In this document: positions 1 to 14,793 of the stretch, one piece after another
How positions within the stretch are numbered: the first letter of the stretch is position 1
How the letters are laid out: each line of letters opens with the position of its first letter
DNA from: Adineta vaga
Lineage: Eukaryota > Animalia > Rotifera
Direction: 5' to 3'
Length of the DNA: 64,000 nt
Assembly: GCA_021613535.1 (NCBI GenBank)
Contig: CP075492.1
Span: forward strand, 5,580,001-5,644,000
Translations under genes and position numbers: made by a program
The notes under the pieces: model-generated
Told to the model about the DNA's origin: nothing
Databases searched by the model: none
Seen by the model: the letters and a program-made list of their open reading frames with translations, nothing else

Positions 1-979
<979 letters not shown>

Positions 980-1539
980 ATCTTTAGAATCAATTCAACA
1001 GTATAGACACATACATATGCATTTTTTTCTTTTTCTTTTTGTCTTTTCTGATATCGTACTAATTTCTATGTACTCATCGTCTTCTTCTACAAATAAACCT
1101 TTTTATGCACATGAATCTATCTACTCTAGTGACATTTTCATCTCATATACACATATGTCAATAAAATAACACTTTCTAATCAAAACGGCAAGTAATCAAT
1201 TATCTTCTTTGGAAAGATAAGCTTTTGTCATTTTATAAGATACTTCATCATCGATGCAATCATGTGTCATAAACACTCCTCGGAGGATTACATCAAGATG
1301 AAGTGTTTCGCCTACGATTATATAAGTTTGTTATGTTACAAAAAGAAGAAGAAGAAGAAGAAGAGTTTTAGTTCACCAGTTTCTATATCGAGATTTATTT
1401 TCTTTTTGATATTAAAAATAGATTTTCATCTCGAAAAACATTTCACCTAGGTTTTTTTCACTTCTTGTTTTAAATATAAAAAAAAGAACGATTGCACAAA
1501 AACAAAAGATTTTGGTCTCAATGTTTAAAGAAATCGTAA

Positions 1540-2109
1540 TTAATTTCTTTTTGTTGGTTTATATTGTTGCCAGCAATGTAATAACATGTTTGCCATATAT
1601 AAACTGAATGCATGGATTTGTACCATTATAATAAGAAAAATATACCAAAGTACTAATAATGGAAAGCCAAGAAACGTTTGTGGTTCAACGTCATCTAATT
1701 GATTCTTTGATTTTAGTTTTTTAAATGTAAATAAATCACTAAGATTGAATATAATTGTCGTCATAATTGTCCCTAAACCAAATAAAACTGTTCCACGAAA
1801 GAAAATTTTCATCAAAAATATTTGATTTTTATTCATAGCCATTAGACCACATATAGATGGTATAATTGTAACTAACCACAGATATTGCCATAGATGTGGT
1901 CGTGGAATAGTTAATGTTGTGAGCATTGGCATATGATAAGTTACAATTTGAAATAGAACAAGACATGCGAGTAGAAAATGAAGATAGATAAAAATACGTA
2001 GACGTGATTTTGTTTCTGCACTCACACGATAATGTGAAGCAATTGTTTCACGATGTTGAAAATCACTACCATCGGTACCGGTGACACGTTGTGCTCCTGG
2101 TAAAGACAT
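1540..2109 (-). CDS. JAGN1: Protein jagunal homolog (ER membrane protein), single coding exon
   Basis: N-terminal GTDGSDFQHRE..ASHY signature, four hydrophobic segments and a basic C-terminus. The ATG at 2109 is directly preceded by a tttcag acceptor. Confidence 0.95.
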   Translation of the reverse strand: MSLPGAQRVTGTDGSDFQHRETIASHYRVSAETKSRLRIFIYLHFLLACLVLFQIVTYHMPMLTTLTIPRPHLWQYLWLVTIIPSICGLMAMNKNQIFLMKIFFRGTVLFGLGTIMTTIIFNLSDLFTFKKLKSKNQLDDVEPQTFLGFPLLVLWYIFLIIMVQIHAFSLYMANMLLHCWQQYKPTKRN

Positions 2110-2225
2110 CTGAAAACAAACAAACAAAAAATACATTGATTCTTTTGATTTTGTTTTTCGAAAGCAATTATCCAATTAAGAAAATTATCACAGAAAAAAA
2201 AGCTAGTTTAAATTATATCTGAAAT

Positions 2226-3524
2226 CTAGATGCGTTTTGTACCAATACGTTGTGAATCATTCGTTTCCATCATATTCATATCAAATGACATACCATCACC
2301 AATAGGTGATGATGATATCATAGGAGAGAATAAGACCAGATGCCAACGTTTACCAAAAACAACTTGTAAATTTGATGACAAACTTCGACCAGTATTGTAT
2401 AGATGTATACTATGTTGATATTCATGCCATGTTTGATTGTTCGAAATCAAATAGAATTGTTGAATAATTAAAAATAAGATGTAAAGACTTAACATAATAG
2501 ATGTTGAACAAAGACATGAAAGTAAGAGAGAAAAATGGTCAAGAAGGCTAAATAACCATGCACCAAGTGGAAATAGACAACCTAAAATATAAGATTGCTT
2601 TTATCTACAGATCTCTTAGAATATTTTCTTATTTTTCTATCCATCACACTTTCTTTCCAAGTCATCTATGAGAAGAACGATTAGTCTAACAGCATATTGT
2701 TTATTTTGCTGTTCTATATGATGAGATCAATAAGTTTTTGAAGATTGAATCAACCCGATATCTATCATGTCCTCAAGATAGAAGAGTTGTATTTATCGTT
2801 CGGAATCTTTCTCTTAATGCTTATCAGATATGTTTTCCAAGTATTTATTGACAGAAAAACAAGGATTTCATCATAAGTTTGAGAAATCTTACCAATGATA
2901 ACACGCCATGAAAAAGTTCCAACAAGTTCATATGTATAATCCATATGTAGAATATTGCAATAGAATAGACCAATCTTAAATCGAACGCGATGTTTTTCAT
3001 CTATCTTTTCGAAATAATATTCTTACCCAAGTCCAAATTAAAAAGCACATATAATATCGAACATTTCGAAATCCAATACATCGTCCAATAAAACTACAAT
3101 GATGATCATGTTTTAAAATACATCTTTTACATAAATGACAATGTTTCGATCGTGGTGGAACATTGACTTCACATTGATGACAATAATGCCAATTACAATA
3201 ATAATAAATAAGATCTTGTGTATTGTTTCCTGTTCCTACTGATTTTACTGTTGCTGATGGTAACATAACTGGACAAATAATTGTATCGATTGATGTATCC
3301 GTTATCATTGATAAATAAAGATTTCCCATTAAATTAAAGATAACATATAAACCAAAAAGAAGATGAAGAATTTCTTTATAAGTAAATATATTATGATAAA
3401 TCGTTGGTAAGATAACACTTAATTCGAATATAACATAAACACTAATAAGAAATAATGTAAGAAATATTGGAATTAATTCAGCACGATCTTTTGGTATTAA
3501 AAATTTGATTTTACGACTAACCAT
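2226..3524 (-). CDS. DHHC palmitoyltransferase (ZDHHC24-like), 3 coding exons
   Basis: Contains CHQCEVNVPPRSKHCHLCKRCILKHDHHCSFIGRCIGFRN. Exons ~3524-3027, 2974-2893 and 2581-2226 join in frame. Confidence 0.93.
2820..2877 (-). ncRNA. Candidate intronic box C/D snoRNA
   Basis: ctt-ATGATGA...CTGA-taag, i.e. C and D boxes closed by a terminal inverted repeat, inside the unusually long (~310 bp) second intron of the DHHC gene. Confidence 0.35.
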
Positions 3525-4149
3525 TCTTTAGTTTTTGTTTTCCTTGAAAAAAAATCTAAAAGAAAATGTTATATTAATCATCTGCATAAATTTCTTCTGT
3601 CATATCTTCTATGATCAGTTAATCTTTCGTTTCATCTTGAGGTTTTTTGTGAAAGAAAAGAGAAAATTTAATCAATAATAATCTACCAAAAATATGGTCA
3701 ATTATTTCTGTTTCTTTTTTTTCCAAATCTTTCTGATATATGCAAACAAAACAGACGACAACAGACATGATGATGTTTCACACGCATTTGCGCACACATA
3801 CATGAAGAAAGAAGAAACAAGAAAGAAAATACACATAGAAAAACCGAGCAATTGAGATGTTTTAACGGTGAAAATATCGACCAAAATAATTGTGCTATGA
3901 AAGCGCACGATTTGAATCTTCATTAAATAATATCGAAAGAAATAGCAAGGAAAGGAGAAAGAAAAAACAATGTATACACAAAACAAACAAAATACACACA
4001 TACACATACACATATGTTGACGAATAAGGAAAGAAAACATCGATCCAAAAACGAAGAAGAAAGAGAACTCTATATTGTGATATGATAATCTAAAAATAAA
4101 GATGGATCTTGTCATTGATTTTGGTTTGGTTTTCATAAGAAGTTTTTTT

Positions 4150-7100
4150 TTATATATTATTTGTCGAATGTGTTGATAAACAAAAATCTTGAGCATTTGG
4201 ATCGAGACTGGACGCAGCATTTTGTAATGGTGGTGGTGTAATTGTTGTTGGTGGTGAATAGAATACCGATGATGGACTTGTTGTTGAATTATTATTCGTA
4301 TCAATTAGATGATTGGTTGGTGATGAATGTCCTGATGATTGAGGATGACCATTAAATAAACAAGTATTAACTTGATGTTGGGAATGGAGTGCAGCGATTA
4401 ATTCACGTTCTTTTTCTCGTATGGCACCTGATAGAGCAAAAGAAAACAACAGTTCAAATATGATTTGAAAATGAGATGTCAACAAACCATTAGCAATTTC
4501 TAATTGTCGTTTAACTTCACCAAGTGCAGAGAATAGATCGAGTTTAATTCGTGTTTCAGCACTAAGACTATCTTGTAAATGTGCATTACGTTCTTGTAAT
4601 TGTGATAAATGTTGATAGAGTACTTCAGTATCCGCTTGAGATTCACGATACTTTAGAAGAGTCTTGAAAAACAAAAGTCAGATTAATTATTGTTCAATGA
4701 AGATCAATAAAAAAAATAAGGTGAAAAAAAGAAAAATTTACTTGAGGGTGTATTCGCGTTTTCGCTATAAAATAACTCTAGTATATGTCTAGTTCTGTGC
4801 AATCTGCATCTGACAAAGTGAGAAGAAGGAAACTGAAAAAGAGTATTTTTTTTTAATTTCTTTCGTGACGAAAAGATCAACAGACAGTACAATGAATTGT
4901 CTTTTGTTATAGAATGAATCGACATGATTGATTGAAAATGATGGATTTACCTTAATTTCATTATCAAGTAATTTGATACGTTCGTCTTTATCGTTAAGTA
5001 ATTTACGCATTTCTCTTGTTTCGTTCTCTTGATCACGTCTTCGCTTCATACACTGTTCTGTACATTCACTTCTAAACAATGAACAAACATCGAATCCTAA
5101 TAAATAATAATGAGATAGAAAGCAACAAACCTAGGTGGTGCTAAACTTAATTTTGTCAAATCATCTTGAAGTTTTTTCGTTAATGTTTTCTCGGTCTTCA
5201 TTTGGGATTCCAGTCGTTGTTTATTCTGTTTCTCTTCACTGAATGTCTTTTCAAGTTCAATAATACGTTGTTTATCACGATTTCGTTGACTGTTAGTTGT
5301 TTCATATCTAAATAAAAGAAATCAATATAATCTATTCGAATGAAACAATTTTGATCAAACTGATTATTACTTTGTCTGTAATGTGGTATTTTCTGTACGT
5401 AAATCCTCGAGATCTTTGCGAACACTTTTCAAATCGGTTAATTGTGCGCGTAATTGTAGTTCGGAAGCTTTTTGTTTTTCGATCGATTGATTCAATCGTT
5501 GAATATCACTTTCAAGTTTACTTATTTGAAGACTAAAATACAAAACAAGGTTTTAAAATAGATGCAAATGCCATATATCGAAACGAAGATGGCTCTAAAG
5601 AAAGTTTGAATAGATGATTTTCTAATTGATAATAATGATAGTGATAATCGTTTCAAAGATTTAGAAGATTCGAAAAGTCTCAAATAGAATTCTTATTTAC
5701 TTTTTGTCATTATCTGAATTTTCAATCGATGTAGTTGTGACAAATCCATTTTTATAAGATAATGATGAATCTCGTGATGTTGCTCGTGTTTGTTCTCTTG
5801 TTTCTTGTTTCTTTTGTTGCCTGCGACTTTGAGTATTTTGTGTATTTGAAGATTTCACTAATGGTTTCTTTTGCTGTTTATATGTCGAGAAGGAATCGTC
5901 GTCATTATTATTTCCATTGGAAATCTTCGTATGACGAGCGTTGTTTGTTGTTGCTGTGGTGGTCGTTGTCGTCTGTAGAAGTGAATTGGTAGATGATAAC
6001 TCATCACTAGTGGTGAGTTTTTGTGGACGTTTTGATACTGTACAAGGCAATGATGTTGATTGGTTACTTGATTGTGTTTGTGAATTAATAAGTACTGAAG
6101 ATAGGAAATTTGAAGTATTTGTCGAAGAAATCGGAGAAGATGATGGATAATTTCCATCAGAAGTGGATGGATTAGTACATTCATCGTAAGATTCAGTGAA
6201 TGTACCTAAATTAAAGCAAAGAATCATGATATAAATGGAAAGAAGAAATAATAATTCAATAATAAACCTTTCTCTCGACTTAATCTTTCTTTTTCCGCTT
6301 CTTGTTGAACTTCACTTGGTAATGCTTGATTTACCAATTGAACATATGATTCATTTACTTTACGAACATCACGTTGTTTTCTCTATTTTTCAAATTAGAT
6401 AAATTATAATGATAAATTATCGCTCTATATTCTTACCAATCTCCATTTATAAGCAAGATAAGTTTTAAAACCAAATCCCAGTGTTACCATTGGATAACCG
6501 ATACTAAACATTTTCAAATAATTATTACAAAAAGAAACTATCCTATATTTACCAATGTGCGGCAAATGGTCGACAAAGATCAATTGTTTTAATTTCACGT
6601 AATCGTACTGATGCTTCAAGCCATACAAACAATACCCAAAGAACAACTGTACCCAAACAGATTCCACGTTCTATAAATAGAAAATGAAACATGAAATTAC
6701 ATTGAATATTCAATGAACAAACCTGTTTGCCACACGTATTGTATCCATACATAGCTACTTGCAGCAAAAAATAGCCATTGAATAGGTAATAATATATAAC
6801 AAATGAGATCGGCTATGAATGCGATAAGTACAAAGAATAATGAGAAAAACTAAATAGATCAAATGATGATGATATTTGGTTTTGTTTCTAGTCTTCTTAC
6901 CAGTCCTTGATATTTAAATGAATCGTAAATACTTCGTATGACAAGCCAAAATGGCCAAAGATATTCAAAACGAAATTCAAGTAGATAATCTGCTGCCATT
7001 ATTACACCCCAAATACAAATAAATTTGAGATACATTAATGCACTAAAGAGAATCATGAAAATAATCATCATCATTGAAGAGAAAGATTCTTCTAATTACC

Positions 7101-7182
7101 TTCCATAAATACCCTCAGTAAGACGAGAGCGTCGAATGGATTTTCGTATTTTTATACTGTCAAAATTCGTTCGTCGTTTCAT
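4150..7182 (-). CDS. MACO1: Macoilin (TMEM57), multi-exon
   Basis: MKRR...RLTEGIYG, ADYLLEFRFEYLWPFWL, IDLCRPFAAH-IGYPMVTLGFGFK and C-terminal coiled coil LSAETRIKLDLFSALG. Confidence 0.96.
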
Positions 7183-8809
7183 ATTTGTGACTGTGCACAA
7201 GAGATAATATTGTCATAGACTAGAATAAATATAGAAGAAAATAAATAAAAAAAGAATTTTATTATTAGTTTTCTAATTGAACGTCAATAACAACTTTTCT
7301 AAGTAGTGAAAGATGGATCGCAACAGAACAGAATAAAAAAAGAGGACATAAACGTGAGTTCTATGGCTCTATAGTTCGACGAGCGAGAAATAGAATATAT
7401 TTTGTTATCACTAGATGTCACCAAAGAACAGAACAGAAGGAAGTAGAATTTTCTTTATCTGACTTTATTTTTCTTATATGTTCTGTTTTGATTTTGAATA
7501 ATAAACATCATCAATGAATTATGTGAAAATAGTGTCCAAGACAAACATTCGAATGCAATAATAATTGAATAGAATACTATGACATTCGTGAAGGTATCAC
7601 GAGAGAGATTTACGCAGTTCGATTAATGTTCGAGGTATTCAAAGTGTTTATACAAATCATTCGATTAGTTATCAAATTTGTTTTTTCCTTAAATGATATA
7701 AAATGTAATCATTGCATGTATTTACTCGTTAATTAAATAGCATGATATTTATTTTCTTGGAAAATCTTTACTATCTGTTGCTTCTAATATTTTAACTATA
7801 CCGTAATACAGATAATAATCAGAATTCAAATTAAATCAAGAAACCTCAGTTATCAATACTGTAGATAACGTTCAATTCATGAACAGTGATCATTTTATTT
7901 TATTTAACGTTTAAGAATGATGGATAAATTTGACAGCTTTTTTCTTGTTCGTATTCGTTTAAATGAAGAACTAAGCACATCGTGTTCCATCAACAAATTA
8001 GATTTATAAGATAGTTTTGCATATTTTTCTCAGAAACGATTTCTTAACGATAAACATTAGAATTGTAGTTGTTTATCTTCGAAGATATATGCACCATTAT
8101 TCGAATGCTTTCGTCGTTTAGTAAAGATCAGTATTGCATCAAAATCAATTAGACAAAAGAAAACTGATCGTCATGATTGACAATGTTCACTACAATAGTT
8201 TCTCGTGTAACGGTACTCGGTTCAAACTGTACAGATGCGTTTAAAACACACGACACGCCATAGTTCAGTTCTGCTCGATTCCAACAAAAAAAATTCGTCG
8301 AATCAATTTCGCGTAAGAAAAGCATACTTTGTCTATATTCTCAAATTTTAGTCATAAGTTCAATATCATTGACAAATAACAAAATAATCAGCGTTACATT
8401 GAGTTTTTAAATTATTTATACCAAAATTCTTTGATTTTAAATTAGACTCGTATCGTCCAATGAGATTCTGTTTTCCACTATATATAGAAGAAAGAAGAGC
8501 GAGCCACATATTCAGTTTAGAAAATGGAGGACAAGTTCATCTGTCATGGCTGCTTAATCAAAAATGCATATACATATAATATAGTATGCAAATGTGTATC
8601 GAGTTTAAGTCGTGAAAAGAAATCTCAAGATTACTATCATTATTCTTTAATAGAATATATTTTATTTTAATTATATTATTATTACGAAAAAAAGTAAGAT
8701 ACTATTAATCTATCATTGCATTTGTTCATTTCAGATAGACGAAGAGCACTTTTAACCTTGATGTTGTTTTAACTCGTGTTTATTAAATGTTTTCAAAATT
8801 TTTATAACT

Positions 8810-11800
8810 ATGTCTTACGAATCATCCAACAATTTTTATCCGAATAATAACATTCGATCTCAACAAATGATGTCAACGAATTCAATGTCAAACTCAAATT
8901 ATTACAATAGATCAGTAGCAAATGCTTCAATGACAAATCAATACCAATCCTATCCACCTCCTAATTCTCATCAAACAGTAAGTATGCTAATTTAGTATGA
9001 ACAAAAACGATTCTAAAATATTATTTAGTATTCACCATATGATACTAATGAATCACGTTCAACTGGTTATTATCCATCATATTCCAGTGGATATGAACAT
9101 CAACGTTCAATGGGAGCTAATTATTATGGTGAAAATCAAGTTGAAGTAAGAAAACAATATTTGAACATCGAAATACGAAGATATTTATATTTAACTTCGA
9201 ATGTTTTCAGTCATCACCATATTTATCCAAAGATAACAATACGTTACCATCGATGAATGACCCGGTAAATATCATATTGAATACTATTATTCTTATTTAT
9301 TTTTGAATGATTGCTTATTTTTAGAATTCCAATGATTATCATAGTGGTAATATGAGTATACCGATGGGACAGATGCCTCAAAGTAATTCCATCTTTCGTC
9401 AGAAACATAACATTAACATCATTGTTATTGTTTACTTTAGGGAATATGAGCTATAATAACCCTTCTATGATGTCCACAACTCATCCATCATTGAGACAAC
9501 AACAAAGTTCGTCATTTGAAAATTTTCTCACAAAAATAATATCTCATTTCTATTATTAATAGGTGATCCGTACGTTAACAGTAATGTATCTCAATATTCC
9601 TATGGTAATTCTGGCATGATGAATACCCGTTTTCCAACATCACATCGTTCAGCATATCAAAATGATGTTACATCTGGTAAACCACAAACCTATCCTCCGC
9701 AAGCACGCTATCCAACCTATTCAAATGGACCTAACGGCTATCCACCAACATCTCAATCCGCTTGGCCACCAATTATTTCAGCAAATACAGCTGAATCTGA
9801 TTCTACTTATCCTCATCCACAAATGCACATGTCATCAACAATACCCACACCCACACCCGCAACAACAAATGAATATCGTTCGCAAGATGATGATAGCAAT
9901 TCAATGAAAACGAAAACTAATATACCCGAATCTCCAAATTATCCTAATATGTCTTCGAGTGTTTTTGATGATGCTGAATCGAGTAATTCATCATTTTCTG
10001 ACAGTCCGTCGATATCAAATGACAAAACATTGAAAAAAACGAAAAATTCTCAAATAACTCAAATAGAAATCTTGAATAAACTACGTGAAATGGGTAATGA
10101 ATCAGAACGTAACATATTCATTGATCGTTTACAAAAATTATGGGAAGAATATCGTGTTGTTTGTCGAAAATTACCTACACTTGCACGACAGACCATTGAT
10201 CTATATCGATTATATATGGCTATACGTGAACAGAATGGTTTTGAACAATTTTCTAAAATTGCAAAAAATCGTCATTGGCGTGATATTGCATCGAAATTAA
10301 ACATTCCAAATTGCTCAACAGCTGCATTAACAATTAAACAAAAATATATTGGTTTAAAATTATTTCACTATGAATGTAAATATGATCGAGGAGGTATTGA
10401 TCCCGAACCGATTTTAGCAGATATTGAAAAACCAAAAGAAAAACGTTTAATAAAAGCAACTGATGAAAAACCCATGAAACCATCGATTGAATCTCCGTCA
10501 GTCAAACAAATTGATCTGGATTATCAACCGTCCAATTCAACTGTGCCAAGGTAAAATACACAAACTATCTTATCTAAATCATCATTTTCCTATTTTCCTA
10601 GTATGAATTATCCACCTCAACAAGTTTCTATACCACCGACGCCTCAACTCTTAAAAAAACCTGAAGATTCATTTAAAGTTCAATTACGAACGATGCCTAT
10701 TACTTTTCCACCAAATTCTATTGAAGCAACAATATTTTCAACAAAATATAAACGAAGAAAACTAACAGCAAAAGATATTCGTATGTATTCTACTCATTCT
10801 TCTCTTTCGAAAAATATCACTGCTATTTTTCAGCACCAATTGATCCAATGAAATTATTAATGTCATTACGTGGTGGTTTACTTGCTGAAACAACTTGGGC
10901 ATTAGATACGATTAATATTATGTTAGCTGATGATCAAACACATACATATTTTCGTTTAAAACAAATGCCAGGTCTATTACAAGCTATAATCGATATCTAT
11001 ATGAAATGTTTAACACAATTATTTGATGAATTTAAAATTGAACATGAATCTCAATCAAAAGAAAATCATCAACAAGAAAATCAAGAACAGGAAGCAATTA
11101 TTTATCGTATTGGATCAAATTGTTTAAATAAATATCAACGAAAATATAATCGACAAAATGACATTACCTATGAAAATGTTTATGACAATCAGGGAAATCT
11201 CAAGAATAATCCAGAAAATGTATGTAAATCATTGTATTTAAAAATTCATCAATGATGACTTTTGTCTATTTGTAGATTATAAATCTTCAAAATACTGATG
11301 ATTTATGTTATATTCAAACTCATTTCGATCCATTACATATTGATGATAATTATTATGAAAATCTTTATTTTGGTCATCATTGTGATGATACTCTTTTATC
11401 AGAAGAACATGATCAAGAACCAACAAGAACATCTGAAACAGAAATCTCTAATAATAATAATGAAGAATTTTTTCAACGATATAAACGAAAATTTCAATCT
11501 GATGATGATTATTCATCGTCGACAAGTACCGATATTCATGCACATATGAATTCGAATAATCAACTTGAAAATTCTTCAGCAATATTTACTCGATATTCAC
11601 TTGGTTATGATCAAACATGTTCACGTTGTATATGTCTATCATCAATATTACGAAACCTTAGTTTTATACCTGGCAATGATATTGAATTAATTAAATATCA
11701 ACCATTAATTCATTTATTAGCACGTCTTTTATTACTCAGGCATGATGTTAATAAAAATAATTCATCGTCAGATAAATCTAATCAAGAATCATCAAATGAT

Positions 11801-12676
11801 CATCAATTAAAGGTAAGATTCTTCTTTTTCTCGAATTCATTCAATTATTTTCTTCTTCTTCTTCTTCTTCTTTGTTAGAATGAAAATCAAAATTCATCTC
11901 CATCATTTTCATGGTCTGAATGTTTAATAAACATTCGTGAAAATACTCTAGTCACATTAACAAATATTGCCGGTGTACTTATTCTTGATACATTTGATTC
12001 TGATTTAATCAATCAATTTATCGATGGTTTATTACATTGGTCAGTTTGTTATTCGGATGAAGCGATGGATCCCATAGCATCTTCTTATCTTTCTGCTCAA
12101 CGTTTATCTATTGAAATTCTAACTAAATTGAGTATTCATGATATGAATATGGATTTTATTCTTGCAACACCACCATTTCATCGTATTAGTTCTCTATTTC
12201 GTATTTTAACTGATTGGTTAAATGTTGATGATATAAATCTTCAAATTTCCAATTCACTTCGATCTCAAACGTATACACAACGTGAATTTGCCATTGTTCT
12301 TTTACATGCTTTGTTGAGATGTGATTCCAATGTTGCAAATATAATTCCAAATATACCTTATACAATTTCCTTATTAATTAATTTCTTAGAAGATTATGAA
12401 AAGAAAACGAACGAATTAAATACACGTTATGGTCCTGATTATCTTTTACGTATATCAAATACTCAACAAGCAGAACAAATATTGTTAACAACAAATGATA
12501 TGTTAAAACGTGCAGCAAATTGTTTATTATTGATCATTAATCAATTAGAACATGCAAATCTAATAAAAAAATATGAAGATCGAATCTTGAATTTATCTAT
12601 ATCAAATGTCATTGATCGAAATGTTGGACGTATTCTTACAGATATTTTACATTATTGTTCATTAGACAACAGTTAA
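8810..12676 (+). CDS. ARID1: ARID1/osa-like BAF (SWI/SNF) subunit
   Basis: ARID domain (IDLYRLY...GFEQ...WRDIASKLNI...LFHYE), plus LLMSLRGGLLAETTWALDTINIML and RCICLSSILRNLSFIPGND typical of the BAF250 C-terminal region. Confidence 0.93.
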
Positions 12677-13133
12677 GATTGTATTTTTCCCCCCAGTTCC
12701 TTTTTTTTTGTACAAAAAGAAAATCACTTTTTTTCTTGTCTTTTACGAGTCATGCTTTGTTTTTTGTCTGGTCATTTTGTTGTCTATATGTGTGAATTTT
12801 ATTCTTTCTCGATTTCGTATTTCAATTGTATTCGTTTTGCTTCACTGATTTTTGTCAGAAAAAAAAACAAACTAACAACAAATTCCTATTGTATTATGTT
12901 TTTATTCAGATGTTGATGATGACCTTGGTTAGAATAGAAGAATCCGATGAAATGTTCTCATTTGATCTTGACCGAATGAATATAAGGCAAAGTTCTTTTA
13001 TCTTTTATCGAGATAAATTACTTGAAAGATTTGTTCAGATGATAATGATGAAGGATCTATTGTGTTGAAGTATTTCGAGAAAGAAAGATATCCTAGTGTT
13101 TCATCTCCGTAACTATTCTTTATTTTAGATAAA

Positions 13134-14793
13134 ATGATTTCGACATACTTTTTCTTCGTTATTGCATGGAACTTATTTTGTTATACGCGTAAGTTTGGTT
13201 CATTTGATTAAAAACATTAAGTTTATCGTTATTTTTCTTTATAGATTCACTACAATCAGGATATACATGTGAAACTTCAGTGACAATAACGTGTCCTTCA
13301 GCAAGAAAGTTAGTTATTTTAGAAGTGACTTATTCTTCGGAATGTCCAAAAGTGAATGATGAATTAAATGGTACATCAATTTATCCACCATCACGTTGTA
13401 TTGGTTACTATCGTGAACGAATAAGTAGTCAATGTAATGGAGAAGAGTCTTGTACTATAAATAATGATCTTGATGTACGTCCGTCATTCTCCGTTGGTGA
13501 CAAGGCAAATTGTAAATTTAAAGGTCAAAGTATTAATATTGAATATTCATGTGTACCTGGTAGGAAAATGAAAAATCTATTTAGAATGAAAAACGAAGAT
13601 ATTGTGTTGTTTAGATTTTTATTCAAGCAAATTATCTCGTATTGACATTTGTTCGTTGCACTCGGTTGACGAGATTACAGAAGGTTTTATCCATACACCT
13701 AACTACCCAAATAATTATTCAAATGATCTGTCGTGTGTAAAAAAATTGCCAGAGCCTGAATCCGGTCATCGGTAAGTTTCTTTTCTTTTCTGTATTCATT
13801 TTCTTGAAATTCTCTTTTTCCTTCTAGACTTAAAATCTATGCTATTGATTTTGAACTGGAAAGTGCTACTTTTAGTCGTTCTACAAATGGATTAAAGATT
13901 AATAATTGGTTAGAAATCAATGATAATGGAGAAAAATTTTATGGTACACGAAAACCGTATACTCTTTTGTTCGATGATGTTATTGAAGCATCATTGAAAT
14001 TTAAATCAAATTTAGCAAACACAAAACGATCGTACAAAGGTTTTCTACTCTATTTTATTGGTAAATGATCTTTTCTATAGTTTAATATGAATGAAAGTTA
14101 TATAAATTAGAACTGATCTATGTGTATTGTGTTTTTCAGTTGTATCAGTTCGGCGTTCTCGACCAACAACTACAACAAAAGTGCCAACAACAATGAAAAT
14201 AGAACTAATTCCTGTTGATGATTCTACGATTGTCGTACAAGAAAAGGCTGCTGCATTCTCCGTAGATACTCGATCAGCAAGTATGCGCGGAACAACACAA
14301 ACTGTCACTATAAAACTTCATTGATCTATTTTTAATCTTTAGATAATACGATCTTACTTTTACTCGTTATTCTTCTTTCCAGTATTCTCCTCATGATTCT
14401 TTGTGGTTTTCTTCTCTACCGACGGTAAGATATACATAGTCACTTGTCATTCTTCTATTGAAAATTTTTAGTCGTAACAATCGTCGTATACGGTATTTAA
14501 CTGACACATTTAATTCCTTCGTACCAAATCGATTAAAATCAGTATTCCAGTCGTCAGAAAACAGTGATGGTAGCGATTTAAAATTTGATGTATCATCATC
14601 AAGTGCTGATGACAAATACATTTCTAAATATACAGATAAGAAATATAATGATTCTGATCATATTTATTCTCAAGATCCAGTCGAAAACAGCAATGCTTCG
14701 CAAATAAATGACTTCAATTCATGTATTTACGATTCTATTGACGACAATAAGGTCTATCAACAGATAGTTAAACCTAATCAAAACATTGTATAA
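13134..14793 (+). CDS. Type I membrane protein with SUEL/Gal-lectin-like and CUB domains
   Basis: Signal peptide MISTYFFFVIAWNLFC, then CE..TITCP...ILEVTY...CNGEESC...IEYSC (SUEL), GFIHTPNYPNNYSNDLSC (CUB), a Thr-rich stalk, TM ILLLLVILLSSILLMILCGFLLY and a Tyr-containing tail. Confidence 0.75.

Noticed and set aside
3702-4304. 200-aa ORF on the minus strand
   Set aside because: Out-of-frame overlap with the macoilin last exon plus low-complexity 3'UTR; the composition is spurious.
8205-8285. GGTTCAAA / CTCGATTCC suggesting a tRNA T-loop
   Set aside because: No cloverleaf or acceptor stem could be formed.
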